A stretch of DNA of 64,000 bases. Origin: Podarcis vaucheri. Lineage: Eukaryota. Positions 33,526 through 47,827 of the stretch are shown in pieces. Where the stretch lies: assembly GCA_965113315.1 (NCBI GenBank), contig OZ220364.1. The stretch is one strand, 5' to 3'. The translations under genes and the position numbers were made by a program. Below the pieces are notes generated by a model. The model ran no database searches and had not been told where the DNA came from. It saw nothing but the letters and a program-made list of their open reading frames with translations. Every line of letters begins with the position of its first letter. Within the stretch, counting starts at the first letter, position 1.

Positions 33526-36500
33526 ATCCCCCGGTAAGGAGACTGTTATCAGGGACAAGTTACATAATTTTATTACAAGAACAGCAATTTCACATTTGGG
33601 TGGGTGCCATCTGGATCCAGGGATTTGTTAAGCTTTTGACAAGGCCTAGAATTTGTCTCCAACCACTATTTAAATTGTAAGTTTATTAAATTTATTAGAA
33701 AAGCTTTATTAAAAAACTTGGCATCTTACAGCAATTAAAATATACAAAGTATTTTTTTAGAACTGTAACATAAATGTGTATAATAAAATGAGACAACACT
33801 CTCTCCCCCCAAGAAGGAAAAATAATCAGGAATAGCTAATTAACATTATGCTGATATTTAAAAATCAGCCAATCACATCCCATTAAATGTGTGGGAGTAG
33901 AGTAACAGCCTGGAACCACTGTAAATCAGTATACCCCTCCCCAACTCAGGCAATCTCTCCATACAGATGCTACAGTAAATACTACTGAAAAGCACCAAGA
34001 TCTCTCTCCTGGCACAGTTCCTTGCGCATGTCACCCAGGAAAGTTTCTATACCTTAGATTCTTCCTAAGAAAGTTGGTACAGGCACAGGAATCTGAACTA
34101 CATCTTCTGCACTGAGGATAGATGCAAGCAATTCATTCAGCTTCTCTGCACTCACTCTTTTACTCCAATCGCTCACATTTAACTCCTTTATCATCCAAAA
34201 ATCCAGCCATCTCCCCAGCTGGTTTGCTGCTTCTAATGTATTTTGAAGAGGGTTCTTAAAAAAGTTGATCTTAAGTGTTTTTTTTCTGATGCACTGTCTA
34301 ATTCTTCTTTTGCATCCCTTACATTTCTTTTGCTCAAATTACTGCTCATTTTTGTTCTCATTTGGGCATTCAGCTTGTTCTACACTTTTCTTGTTAGACA
34401 GCCATTCCACAAAGTGTAGCCACTTTAATTTTGTTTTTATGCTAGTTGCCTTGTTGGTGGATAAGGCGGGGTTGTGCTTAATAGCTTTCTATTTGTAAAT
34501 CATAGGACACAGGGTATAAGGCCTGAATAAAATAGAAGCTGGTAGATGAAGCATATGAAAAAGCAGGAGGGGGGGTGAGCCATTTCAGCACTGAAGGCTG
34601 GGCTGGAAATAGATTACAAGCTAGAGGGCTGCAGTTGATTTACATATTTTAGTTGCATGTTGCCAGGCATACTGCATTTACTCTACACTGGATCCTCAGT
34701 ACTGTGATCGATTGTCTCAGATGTGAAAAACCTGAGTTATCCCTTAAATTATAAATTCAACATCCAGATTGATATTTGTTAGTTGGGCAATCAATTTTTT
34801 GCTGCTTTGCTTCCTATTTCTATTATTCAAACGTTGTCACTGCACGATTTTTCAGCCACAGGACAAAAAGCTACATTTACAAAATGAAAACGAGGGTTCT
34901 CTAAATTGGGAAAGCCTTCCCCAGTCCTTCTCTGACACAAAAGGATGGTTCAGGGACTAATATGAAATACTTTCATAGTGAGTCAGACTAATGGATCATC
35001 TAGTCTAGCAGTCAGCCCCAATTAGCATCCGGCCACAATTTATCACTCCAAACTGTCTGGAAGCCTTGATATTAGAATTCTAATTCAGGATATAACAGTG
35101 AAAAAACCTGGGATGACCACAAGGAAGGTCCATGCTCTATCATAAGCACCACATGAAAAGGTAGTGACACCACATGTCTTCTGAGATTCACAGGTAAAGG
35201 GGGCCAAAGCATCAAGATGAGCACCCATAAATACCTTGCTTTTCAATCCAAAGTGTGTGGGAGGTGGTAGTGGTGGATATGTGAAAGTAAAATACCTTAT
35301 TGGAAATAGTTAAAGCAGACCTTTGCTTTTAAAAATATGAATCCTTACAAACCTGTCAAGTAAAGTATCACTCCCTGTATTATTTTATGTAGATGGCATT
35401 TGGGAGAAAAATAATGCAAACAGCTGAATTATAAAAAACGGTGCAGTAAACAAACTCAGCTGGACTGGAACTCAAATTCAGATCAACCCCTTCAGAATTC
35501 CCAGGACAATCACACAGGCCACAGCAAATTACCGATTACAATGCTAGCAACTGTAATGTCCGCATGATATATATCTGCCACCAAGAGAAGGCAATGCCTG
35601 ACAAAATTTGCCAGGAACCGGTTGCTAGATTGGAAAGGAGAGAGCTCTGCATCTGCAAATCTGGCGACAGGCTTCTTATATTCAAGGATGTCATGTGACA
35701 GGCCTACTCTGCCTGCTTGGCCACTCCCAGAAAAGGCAAACAAAACCACTCCAGAGTGAATTCCAGCAGGGATTTCAAAGGCAGACATTGCATCAGCCAG
35801 GTGTACAGGAAGCAGCTGGGATTCAGAGTCCAAAGGGCAGCTGACCTACTGAGAGGCTCTCAGAGCAAGCTCTCTTTCTGGAATCCTGTGGGAAGGAGGA
35901 GCAGGAAGGAGGAGAAATGCTTCAGAGACAGAACAGGCCGCATCTGCTTCACAAAGTCTTTGTACTAGTGCTCCGGACCTGGCTGCTCTCCCAGAGATGA
36001 TGCAATCCCAAGGAACAAGGTCTGCGCCAGAGAGAAGTATTCACAGCCTATGCAGATGGCAAGTCAGCCAAGGGATCTCTGATGAAAACACGCCCGAGCC
36101 AATCCAAAGGCAGCAGCCTCCCTTCCCCACAGCTACCCCACCCCACCATTTGGTAGAGGAAGGAATCCCACATTTCATGTCATTGCCCCCGTGACTGAAG
36201 ACCGATAGAGGGAGGAACTAAGCATTTATGCTGCCTTAGAATGTTTCCCACCTCAGTCTGTCTGAGGAGGGAGGAAAGGAATAAAAACGCATGCAATATG
36301 GGGTGGGAAATACCCAGATCCTTTCCTAACACCCTACCTATAAGCACAGGGCTCTCTCCCATCACTTCCTTGTCAGTAGAAGTCTAAACTCCCCAAACAC
36401 GTACACAGCAGCTCTGCTGTGACTGGCTGCCTTGGCCCTACTCTCAGAAACCATGCAGAGACACAGCACTGGGAACCATGGCAACACGACACAGTGCAGC

Positions 36501-38131
36501 AATTATGGAGCCGTGGCAGCTACTCTATACTTAAGGTTCAGCCCCTACCTCCATTATAAACCTGATTTTATTCCTCCCTCCCCTTAAAAGTTACCAGCAA
36601 ATGATCCTTCAGACCGATCAAACTGATCGTATATGTTTTGCAGGATGCTGCCATGGGGGTGGGGAGAGGGCAGGGAGGGTGGAACAGTAAACTAGAAACC
36701 GTTTGGAAAATTTCAGTACAGAGAAGTGGGATCAGCTACTTAACACAAACTCTCTCTCATCATCTTGCAGGGTCTGACATGTTGTTAGAAGCACTCATAA
36801 CAAAATGTAAGCTTGATTGTGCTGGTATGATTCAGGAGCCACAGAATCAGTCCATAGGCTGCCAAATGGACATTTAAGCCTTTTCTGGGCACTCCTAAAC
36901 AGGTTTACATCATCACTCACATGATTTTGGGGGTCAACGTTCTAAGAACCATCAACGCAGTAAGTACCATGTAACAGCACAACTGGGAGGTGAACGGGTA
37001 GCCATATTCACTACATGTTGGTGAGTTACTCTGCTGTAAAGCTTTGTTAATGGCTTGTGCACATCTGTATAGGCCTTGCACCCAGCTTGATGCAGTATCT
37101 TTGGGAGAAATTAACTGTTTCTGGGGTCAAATTAAGCCTAAATGAGGCTCCATTTTAAAGTTGCCTAGCCCCTCCCACACACGAATGCTAAGAGGCACTG
37201 AAGTCCAAGTATTCCAAATCCTCCTTAATTGTTTCTCACACAATCTACATACAATGTGAGTGGGCAGAAGATAGATCAGAATCATTTAAATGACTCCCAA
37301 TTTTTGTTCTTAAAGAACAAAACAACTGTTCCCACATAAATTAGGCTGCTAAAATGAAGAAAGCTAAGCAGGGCTTTTGTGTGAAAGGACTGTGAACTCA
37401 GTTCAGCTCTCATACGGAAAATCAATTCCTAGACTCAAAATATGCTCACAGGCAGTCCGTTTTCTACTTCTAATTCTATGTCTTTTGCACCTGGCTCTGG
37501 CTGGTAGATCTTGGGGTTCTTGTAAAATAACAAGGATAAAATCCACCCACCACTGATCAACAAGGCCATGCATATACAGGTAAGGAACTCCAGGGAGTGG
37601 TACAAGCCGTGTGTGGGAATGCAAAAGGCTGGGTCCTTAAACTGGTTTAATGTAAAGCAGTAACAAGCAGAGACCTGCCCAAAAATTATGTCTCTGGAGT
37701 CAGACATAGACCTCCACTGTAGCAGCACTATGCAGACTACTGAACGTTTCCAAGGCCAAAGAAGCAATGAAGTCTTTTTGGCTATTTAGTAGGCTCAAAA
37801 TCATGCCAACAAAAACTTTACAAGCCAAAGCTGCAGTGGGCACCAAAAGGAGATGTGAAAGCCTTCTTGAAAGCGCAGTGTGTGTTCCACAAGTAACAAA
37901 CACTCCTATGAGCTGCTGGCCACAAAAGCGATTCCTATGGTGCCAGGTGCCATTGGCCTCTTCAGGTGTTTATTAGTGTCAGTTTTTCACAGAGCCGGAG
38001 GCTATATGGTCAAGAAGAGTCACTGCCTACAGGCTTCACTAAAATCAGATTTGGTATTTTCATTGAGATGTGCCCTGGAAAAGCCAGAACTAGCTTCCCT
38101 AAGCTGAATCAGAGAAGCTGAAATAGGCATA

Positions 38132-38370
38132 CAGTGGAACCTCAGGAGACATACCGTCCTCCTTACGAACGCTTCGGGTAACGAGCTCCCAATAACCTGG
38201 AAGTAGATGCTCCTGGTAGTGAACTTTGCCCCGGGATGCGGAAGTTGTGCACCGGCAGTGCGGTGGCAGCGAGAGGCCCCATTAATGAAAGTGTGCCTCA
38301 AGTTAAGAACGGATTCGGGTTAAGAGCGGACCTCCAGAACGAATTAAGTTCGTAATCGGAGGTACCACTG
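38132..38370. mobile_element. Tc1/mariner MITE (diverged)
   Basis: TA-cagtggaacctc...ggtaccactg-TA. Confidence 0.85.
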
Positions 38371-38628
38371 TATACAGTATAAGGGTGGTGCAACTGTTGC
38401 AAGTACATAATTGTATAGTGTAAAAAAACATCCCCGCACAACACCATTGCCATGGCTAGAACAATTCAGGAACCTTTTTAAAAAAGCTTTGGAGATCATG
38501 AAAGGATAAACACCCAGCCAGATATTCACATGAGGAAAAATATGTCTTAAAAATGCAAAGCTTCCTGCTCCTCTCAGTGGCTCCATCGCCCAAGAAGATA
38601 CCCTTCCGCCCTGGAATGTAAGTGACTA

Positions 38629-38980
38629 CAATGGTGCCCCGCAAGACGAATGCCTCGCAAGACGAAAAACTCACTAGACGAAAGGGTTTTGCGGTTTTTG
38701 AGCTGCTTCGCAAGACGAATTTCCCTATGGCTTGCTTCGCAAGACAAAACGTCTTGCGTTTTTTGCAAGTTTGTTTCCTTTTTCTTAACACCCTTAATAC
38801 AGTTGCAACTTGACTTCGAGGAGCAACTCATAGAACGTGGTGTGGTAGCCTTTTTTGAGGTTTTTGGCAATTTTTGAAGCTTTTCCAAAACTTTTCCGAC
38901 ACCGTGCTTCGCAAGAAGAAAAATTCGCTAGACGAAAAAACTCGCGGAATGAATTAATTTCATCTTGCGAGGCACCACTG
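38629..38980. mobile_element. Tc1/mariner MITE, gcaagacg subfamily
   Basis: TA-caatggtgccccgcaagacg...cttgcgaggcaccactg-TA with internal gcaagacgaa repeats. Confidence 0.85.
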
Positions 38981-41231
38981 TAGGCCAAAAGCTGTATTAA
39001 GGGAATAGCAGTTGGGGGGGGGGGGAGCAGATATTGCTACACAAAAATAATCACCTCTGCCCAGTCTTAGGTTAAAGGGCAACATTCTACACCACTCCCT
39101 CTAGTCCACACACCCACTTTATACATTTTCCTCCTTGTCAATCATATTTCTGTACATGCATACAACTAAAGACAAGCAAATACAAGAGTTAGTAAACAGT
39201 GTTATCTACATCCCATGACCCTGGAAATTTCCACTAACACTAGGATCACCAACGTCATTTTGTTATTTCTCCTAATTTCTAAAAATGTTCCGAGGCTCAG
39301 ACTTCTATGATCAGAGCAAAGGCTCTGTGTTTAGCTATTATATACTTGCAATTGCAAGGCTGGAACTGTAAGCATTTTTAAAAATAGCTATGCCTTCAAA
39401 AGAATGTCTGAATTACCTCTTTATTCTGCTTACTAGTACAGGAGCTGCACAAAACATATCACTACAGAACAGGAAAAAACACTCAGTGGTTAAAACAGAG
39501 AAAAGCAAGGCCCAGGAAAGTGAGATCTGATTACGGTTTTTTAGCATTTGCTGACTTCTGAGGAAGCATAGAGAAGCCAACCAAAGCAGAATGCCAACTG
39601 AGCAGAGACCAATGTCCGAACCACAATGTAAAAAAAGAGGGAGAGGGATAGGCCTGGTTGCATGTGACACTTAATTTGTGAAGTTCCTTAATTGCAACAT
39701 AGCTTGCTTGAGAATTCTATGACGACTTTGGGGACACAACAACAACCATTCAAGGGAGGCTAAAGGAACAATGAACAAAAGGACTTTTGGCTTCCATCTA
39801 TCAACCAAGTGAAGCCAGGTCTATTCTTACATGTCAGGAACTACATTCTTAAGGTCACAGCAGACACTGCATAAACTGGCACGTTTCAAGAAAGGGGATA
39901 TGTGATCTGGATAGCAAGAGAGAGGCAGGTGATTTGTCTGAAGAGATTTGCCAGCAATGACAGATCACATGCAAGTGTGACCAGTCAATCCTGTGAACAA
40001 GGAGAAGGAATACAGAGCAGAGTTGTAGGTCTATCAGAACTATCACTAGATGATGAGAGTAGAAAGCAAAGAAAATGTGTGAGTTGGGAGTTTGTGTGTA
40101 CCCCTAAAAAGGCTGGTTCTAGCAGACATTGTGGCATGACAAGAAGTGCCTTTCTGCCCATTCTGTGGTGATCTGAGCATGGCTACCTGTTTGTTCACCA
40201 GTGGCCTGGGAGAAGTGCAGCAGATTCACGTCTACTAGGGATTAAGCTCCACTAACGACCCTGGGACTTGCTTCTGAGTCAACGTGCACAGGACTGTAAT
40301 GAACAAGTGGCAACAGCCTTAATCCAAACAAATAAGGGAACCCAAGGCAATCATTTTGACTTCAGTACTGCAAAGATATGGCAGTTTACTATTTCTCTGT
40401 CTCAGTTTGCACTCTGGAATAAGGGGACACCTATGACTATTAACTTGCAGTGCAGAAGAAGTGCACAGACAACTGTTAAAGGGACTATTCTTGACTGGTA
40501 TACTACCACCTCTCACCTCAACAATGGTCTGAGCAGAGAGCTTAACTTAAAAGCTCTAAATTTATAGCGCAGAAATATAATGTTGATACTTCCCGCTCTT
40601 CAAACTTTTTTAGGAAGCATAATTTTGGGATGTACCCCTTATTCAACACGAAGATCAAGGCTATCAGACATCCAGAATCTACATTTTATGCTGCTGATTT
40701 CAGCATAATTATCCTATCTTAGAGAGGCTTTCCGAAAATCACAGCAACATTAACAACACACCCTTGTTAAAGTAGCATGTGCTTCACAGATCATGGGCAC
40801 GACAGACTGCAGTCAGAATTTGAAAATCGCCAGGCATATTTTGCAGCTGGCTATCAGCCACATGCGACCAAGTGAAGAAGCCCTGGCACTAGGATGGCAA
40901 CTGATGTCTCCACCATCTGAGGTATATGCCTGGGGATCCTTGGATCTTGACTGTTCTCACAATTTCCCCAGCCACTCTGAGCAGCTTACAGCATATATAA
41001 TTTCTTTAAAACATCAGACATTAAAGATTTCCTGATACAGGCCTGCCTTCAGATGTCAACAATGAATTCTATCCACTGTATTTTATCTGCACAACCAGAA
41101 TGAATTTCAGGAACTAAAAGTTGTATTGAAAAATACAACTCTCGAGTTGGCTGGCCCCAAAATGGCAACTAGGTTTTGTGTTTTGGTTACTGTAACCCTG
41201 TTTTAAGGAGCCATTTGGTGCCTAGCTTATA

Positions 41232-41586
41232 TATCTGAGGTTCTGTATACCTGAAGGAGCGTCTCCTCCCCCATCATTCTGCCGGACACTGAGGCCCAGC
41301 GCCGAGGGCCTTCTGGCGATTCCCTCACTGCGAGAAGTGAGGTTGCAGAGAACCAGGCAGAGGGCCTTCTCGGTAGTGGTGCCTGCCCTGTGGAGCGCCC
41401 TCCCAGCAGATGTCAAGGAAATAAACAACTCTCTTACTTTTAAAAGACATCTGAAGGCAGCCCTGTTTAGGGAAGTTTAATGTTTAATGATGTATTGTGT
41501 TTTTAACATTCGCTTGGGAGCCGCCCAACGTGGCTGGGGAAACCCTGCCAGATGGGCAGGGTATAAACAATGATTAATAAATAATA

Positions 41587-41623
<37 letters not shown>
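41232..41623 (+). mobile_element. L2-like LINE 3' end with (ATT)n tail
   Basis: YLKERL...RAFSVVVPALWSALP; same family as 1353-1631. Confidence 0.8.
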
Positions 41624-41624
<1 letters not shown>

Positions 41625-41980
41625 AACACTGATCGAAGTACTTGTTCTGCATGCTAACTCTGTGTTAATCATAGTAATGACCCACTGCTTTTATCATCTT
41701 CAACCATGGTGACCATATCATAATGAAGGGCTAGGACAGTGCTGCTGCCCCTTCCTGGAGACTCCCACCAAAAAAAGGGCAGATTCTTCATTTACACTCA
41801 CTCCTGAGTTATTGATTTCTGAAGATCTTGACCAAAGGCTTATTCTTCACAACTCTTCATCCTTATGCAAATCATTCCAAAGCAACTCCCAAGTCTTGGA
41901 GTTTTCACATACTGTACTGCATCTCTGAATTCTTCTAGTTTAGTGTCAACATATTCATATATATGGTTCAAGGAGATATA

Positions 41981-42016
<36 letters not shown>

Positions 42017-45000
42017 AAACAAATGTACTGAGGAAAAGCTAAGCCAGAGAAAAGGTTTCTGAACTTGCTTTTAATGAAGACCTGCCTGGCTATCCAACAT
42101 CCATTCTTAACTATATTTGGTATTGGGAAGCTGCTTCCATCGCATCAGGAACTGCTTCCATTCTGCAACTCCTGCAACTGGAGCCCCAAACACACTGCCT
42201 CCACTGACATGTTCCATACCTATCACACACATCCCCAACACAGCAAAATCCATACAATAAAACAAGAGTCATCTGCTCTTTCAGTTTTTAAAGCTCTGAC
42301 TCATCTGCTTCCCTCTTTCTCCTTAAGGCTAAAGCAAGAAAGGGAGAAAAGACCTAAAAAGAAAACCTAACTTTCTAGAGTCTCAGGTAAGCAGATTCTA
42401 CCACAGTTCTTTGCTGTATTCTAAAGGGAGACATTTTGCTGCCTAGAATCAGTGCTCTCTTCCAGGGGAGAAAGGGAGCTGCAACACTGCTAGACAGAGT
42501 TCAGCTGCTGCAACGCAGCTGCTACTTGTAGAAAAGGCTACGGATTTCCTCTCATGCCTCCAAAACCAGCAGATTCTACTACTAATCTACTTCCCTACAT
42601 TCTCAGACATAGTCTCATTAACTGTTTCCTCAGCCAGTCGCAATATGCAAGAGGATCTCCAATCTGCAATAATCAACATCTTTAGCTTACCTAGAAGTCA
42701 AATGTCCCACTTCAGCTTAGCCATTGCAGAAAACTGAAGGATTCTTAACACCTAAGCTTACACGATTTTTCCTGGAGCAAGGGTTTACACAATGTTGGGA
42801 GAGTCAGACAGGTTTTCAACGATCATGTCGTGGGAAATTATGAAGCTCTTACAGATATCTCGGTAGTTTTGTGCTACAAACTACCTGCCCTGTCTGGAAC
42901 TCGTAAAGGTTCATTCTAGTGGTCTGCAACATCAACACAATTAGCAGGCTGGTTCACTTACAAACATATCAGTGCAGAGGCCCTTTCAAAATGCTCAGAA
43001 AACTTAAAGAGTGATTTTTGACCAAGAGCAGGATTCCAGCATTTATGGGGTGAAGGAAACAAGCCCAAGAGATATAAACCAAGCTAGTAAATGCAACACT
43101 TCAAAATCCCATTCCTGAAAGTAAATGGACGATAGATGTAGATCAGATTCATCCTAACAAGTCTGTACTGAATGTGCAATAGAAGTCCTCAGGCCTGGTC
43201 CTTATGGTTTCTTGCTGCCGACATGCGTCAGTGAACCAAGAATTAGGAGTTAAGCAGAACAGACACTAATTAAATATAAAGGTAATAGGACTGCAAAATA
43301 GGGTTTTCCTCCCTCTGAATGTGTGTAGATAGATGTAACTATCCTTCAAAAGCCAATGTTCCCAGTGAAATAGACCCCTGTGCCCAAATTCTCATGTTCC
43401 AATAAAGGTGCCAGAGGACTATCTTCTTTTCTGTTATGAACTACTGTCCTGAAAGATGCAGTCTGGTTAACCATTCAACTAGCATTTAAAAGGAGGGAAA
43501 GCACTTTTAAGATATTACAGGTTATAACTCAAGACTAGGGATGGATTGAATATGGTACAGAGCTGTTAAACGCCTGACTTTACTGGAGAAACCTTCATGC
43601 CCCAGCATGCTATAAGCGTTAAGGTGGAGTGCAGCATGTTGGGATTTGTAGTGTATACTAGCCAGCAATGCATTCTTAAAACAAGCTACTGCAGATCCGC
43701 CTCTGACAAGTTTTCAGTGCAACCACCCCTCTGACTGGACTTTGCTAAAATTTACCAGGCTATAGAGATATTACATTATCTTTTTAAAGTCTACGTGGGA
43801 AGCCTATGGCCCTCCAGCTGTTCTGGGGACCACAGGTCTCATAATTCCTGACCATTAGGCATTCCGGCTCATGTCCAACATGTGGAAGGTTCCCCATTCT
43901 TGATATAGGACAGATGTTCTAGCCTCAAGTTCTCACCAATTTCACAAATTTCCCCCCACATATAGAGATGTACTGTCAGATCACCATTAGCAAGTCATTG
44001 AAGAGTGACTTATCTTCAGAATTTGTTAGCAAGCCACTGAATACACCACAAAAATACTATTCATAGTCCGTATTTAATTAGAATAAGGGGCAGTTTTGTG
44101 GTAAACAAATTCCAAACAGTATTTTACTTTCACTTTAGTAGTACTGGACACACATAGCATGAGATACTAAGCCCACCCAAAGTAAGGTCTGACACAACAA
44201 AATCGCAAAAGGAAGAAAATACTATCCCCATTTCACATAAATAAGACTTTTCCAGAAAGGTGAAGCTAACAAAGCTGGAAAGTGACCCAAACTTACTAAA
44301 AGATCAACAGAAAAACCTACCTAAAAAAACAACAACAGAAGTTTTCAGCACACAAGATAATTCTAGTTTTTAAAACTACTATCAACTGATGTAGTTCAAC
44401 TAGTACAAATCTGTGCACAAAAGATTATTTCTATTTTATCAAACCTATTTCAGTCATAGGTTAAGTCAATTAAGAACAGATTGAAGCTAATCCGAAATAA
44501 GCTACTCTTAACACCAAAGTAAGTGTCCAGTCAAGGTTGGCATCACTTAAAACCAGGACAAGTAATATTGTGAATTTTAGGTTTCAATTCCAACCCAACT
44601 TACCTGGGTGGGAATAAGCTCCTTGAACTCAATAGGATTTACTTCTGATATAGTTAGAATTGGGCTGTAAGGTACTAAGTACAGTATCAAGAAATGAGGC
44701 CCATCACTGCTGCCCCATCTCCAACTGTCCTCTTAACAATCATAACTGCCGCTGAAACACATTTGATGTGAAAATATCAGGAAGGCATATGGCAACTCTC
44801 ATGACGACACAGTTTACAGACTTTCAACATGCATTCAAACAGACTTGGGAACACAACTCAAGTTTATCTCCAGATGCAAGCCTGACCTAGGCTATAACAC
44901 ACGACAGACAGGTCACAGAGCACCCTAGGAGTCCCAAAAAATATATTTTAAAAAATGGAAGATACATTCAAACTACTGGAGGGTTCTCACAACTCTCCAC

Positions 45001-45076
45001 TTCACTCCATGAAAACGTTTCAAAACTATGTAATTTAGCCCACAAACAATCAGGGGAAGCAGCATTTATTCTACAG

Positions 45077-45203
45077 CAGGCATAGGCAAACTCGGCCCTC
45101 CAGATGTTTTGGGACTACAACTCCCACCATCCCTTGCTAACAGGACCAGTGGTCAGGGATGGTGGGAATTGTAGTCCCAAAACATCTGGAGGGTCGATGC
45201 CTG
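45077..45203. mobile_element. hAT MITE
   Basis: caggcat...atgcctg ends, palindromic body, 8-bp TSD TTCTACAG (45069-45076, 45204-45211). Confidence 0.9.
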
Positions 45204-47494
45204 TTCTACAGCACTTATTAAAAGCAAGTGCCTACAGCAATATACATTGCAGTTCAACTGATGCAACAAGAACTTAGACCCCAGTTACCTTCAGTAAGCC
45301 ACAACCTCTCTACTTTATATCCCAAACAACGCGAGATTCATGAACTATGCCATAGGGTTGAAGGGCTATGTAAAACAAAGCAATGATGATAGGGATCATT
45401 CAAGTACATCAGGCATCTAGGGGAAGAGCAGAAGTAACACAGATGTGACAATTTGTGACAAGGAACAAAGTGAAACTAACTGAAATGTGATACCACTCAT
45501 CCACTTGTGTCTCAAAAACAATAATTTAATACCTGGTGCAGGTACGTATATTCTCTTGACTCCGCCCCCTCTCCACACTTGATTTATACATAGTAAAGGA
45601 AGTTATACACTGGTCTATAGCATTAGTATTACTAGTACTAATCAGCAACAGTACTAATAGTATTAGTAAATTAGTCCTGGACTATAGTTCGCAGGAAGTA
45701 TAAATAATAAAACTGACAATGGAGGTTAAAGGTGTAGTTTCCTTCACCCACCCCTCTGAAAACGACCTACTTTCCGGACAATCTTATAGCCTGCCATAGG
45801 TCTACAGCATAGGACACAAATCTAGATAACATATGACTTTTCAAATGTTATCAGATTAGGTAACCTAGAAATGAATGTTGTTTCCCAGTAATGAGGAACT
45901 CATGCGATGAAATTTCAGAAACGTTCTTGTGACCTCCATCTCAGGAGTGGTCTATATGGCTAGGAGCACTCTTCATGCCACACTTTCTGTGTTATATGGC
46001 TCAAAACATCCATTTTCTAGCCCAGGTTTAGCTGACAATTTTGTCATGGCATAGGATGCAATAGAATCTAACTGACACACCTTGAGGTCCATGGGCCCTG
46101 AAGGACTAACAAGAGTAAACTTGTCCGCATCAAACAACAACAGCAACTATAGCTTTAAACATGAGGTGTTGCTTTTAGTCACACTTGCATAATTTCCCAA
46201 AGTCGCATTCAACTAGCAACTTGTCAGTGCTTCATTTCACTCTTTCGATCCAGAGTGAGAAAGGCATTAAGATTTTTAAAACATTTCAGAATAAGAAATG
46301 CTTCAGCAGCTTTCACATGGCTTTCCATGCTCTTCAGCAAATTTCATATCTGGGGCTATAGTATGAATGCACAAAAGCCTCCACTATATAATACATGCCA
46401 AAAGAAACTCTTTTAGTGGTAAACAAGTTAATCTGAGCATTATAAACTGATTGAGCATGCTATAAAAGCACTGACTAAGATTCCCAGCAACGTACTCAAG
46501 TCCTATCCCCTAAGCAGAGTCCAGTAGGACAAAATTAACTGTTGAATACTGTCAGTGTGGAAAAGGGAAGGAATCCTCCATAGTTAGAATAGTGTCAAAC
46601 TTCCACCCCTGGTTTTGTTTAGCCAGAAGGTAAAAAAGAAAGAGCGAGCTGTGGTTTTCAATCCATCTGTATATACAGAAGTACACTTTTCTCAGTTCTT
46701 CCAGATAAAAAGGATCAGGCCTAGTGAAATGTCATTAAAGTTTTTTCCAAATTTTCCTCTGCTATGATGGCTTGTAAGCACTCACTAACCGTTTGCAATC
46801 CATGTGCTAGAAGCAACTGCCAGAGACTGCCATTCCTTTGGGATACTGAAATACCTCAGAAACAGAGAAATCCCTACTCTACTATGATTCTAATGAACAA
46901 GCAGTAAAGCAGAAGGAGATATAGATGGATAGATAGATGAAAAATATCTTCTTTGAAAATGCACTACCATCACATAAGTCCCATTTTGTTCTCTGAAAGA
47001 GATTTGTTAAACCAGCTGTTAGAATAACTGAAAAGCCTGATATTTGCTAATTAAAGTATTCAAGACTGGGTTCTTAATTTTAAAAGATTCAAGCACAACA
47101 TTTAGGCTACCCCTTATCATTTATCCGGGATAAGACATCACTGCAGCAAGAACCCTGATAATCCAGGCTCACAAAGAAGAGTGAAGGACATAGCAAGACT
47201 GTAAAAACTTATATTGCCTAACTTTCTATTTTTAAAAGTCACACAAATTAGATGTACAGGAAGTGAAACTATAAGCAACTGTTTTTGTCTTCAGCAGGGA
47301 TGCTCCCAAAATAAATGAATTCCAGAACTTCTGCTCAAGGAATCCATTCAAGCGCCTCTTCTGCACTAGTGTAGTCCCAATGTCCATCAGAGAAAATTGC
47401 TCCAGAATTGTCCTTAATATGAATAAAATTTGCCAGGGCAGTGATTAACCTTTCAATTTCTCAAACTCGATGTATTTATTTTCAATTGTCAATA

Positions 47495-47827
47495 CAGTGG
47501 TGCCTCGCAAGACGAAAAGAATCCGTTCCGCGATTCTTGTCGTCTAGCGGTTTTTTCGTCTTGCGAAGCAAGCCCATTGATTAGCGTTACAGCGGTCTAG
47601 CGGCTTTCCGTGATCAGCTGTTAAGCGGGTTTTTCAGCGGAACAGCTGATAGGCGGCTTAGGAAAAGGAGGGGAGCGAAAAAAACCCGCGGGGGCGCGCA
47701 AGATTTTTTCGTCTTGCGAAGCAACCCCATAGGGAAATTCGTTTTGCGAAGCGCCTCCAAAATGGAAAACCCTTTCGTCTAGCGGGTTTTCCGTCTTGCG
47801 AGGCGTTCGTCTTGCGGGGCACCACTG
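47495..47827. mobile_element. Tc1/mariner MITE, gcaagacg subfamily (CpG-rich, young)
   Basis: TA-cagtggtgcctcgcaagacg...cgtcttgcggggcaccactg-TA. Confidence 0.9.

Noticed and set aside
38629-38980. CRISPR-like spaced repeats (gcaagacgaa)
   Set aside because: Eukaryotic DNA; these are irregular subterminal repeats inside a TA-flanked mariner MITE.
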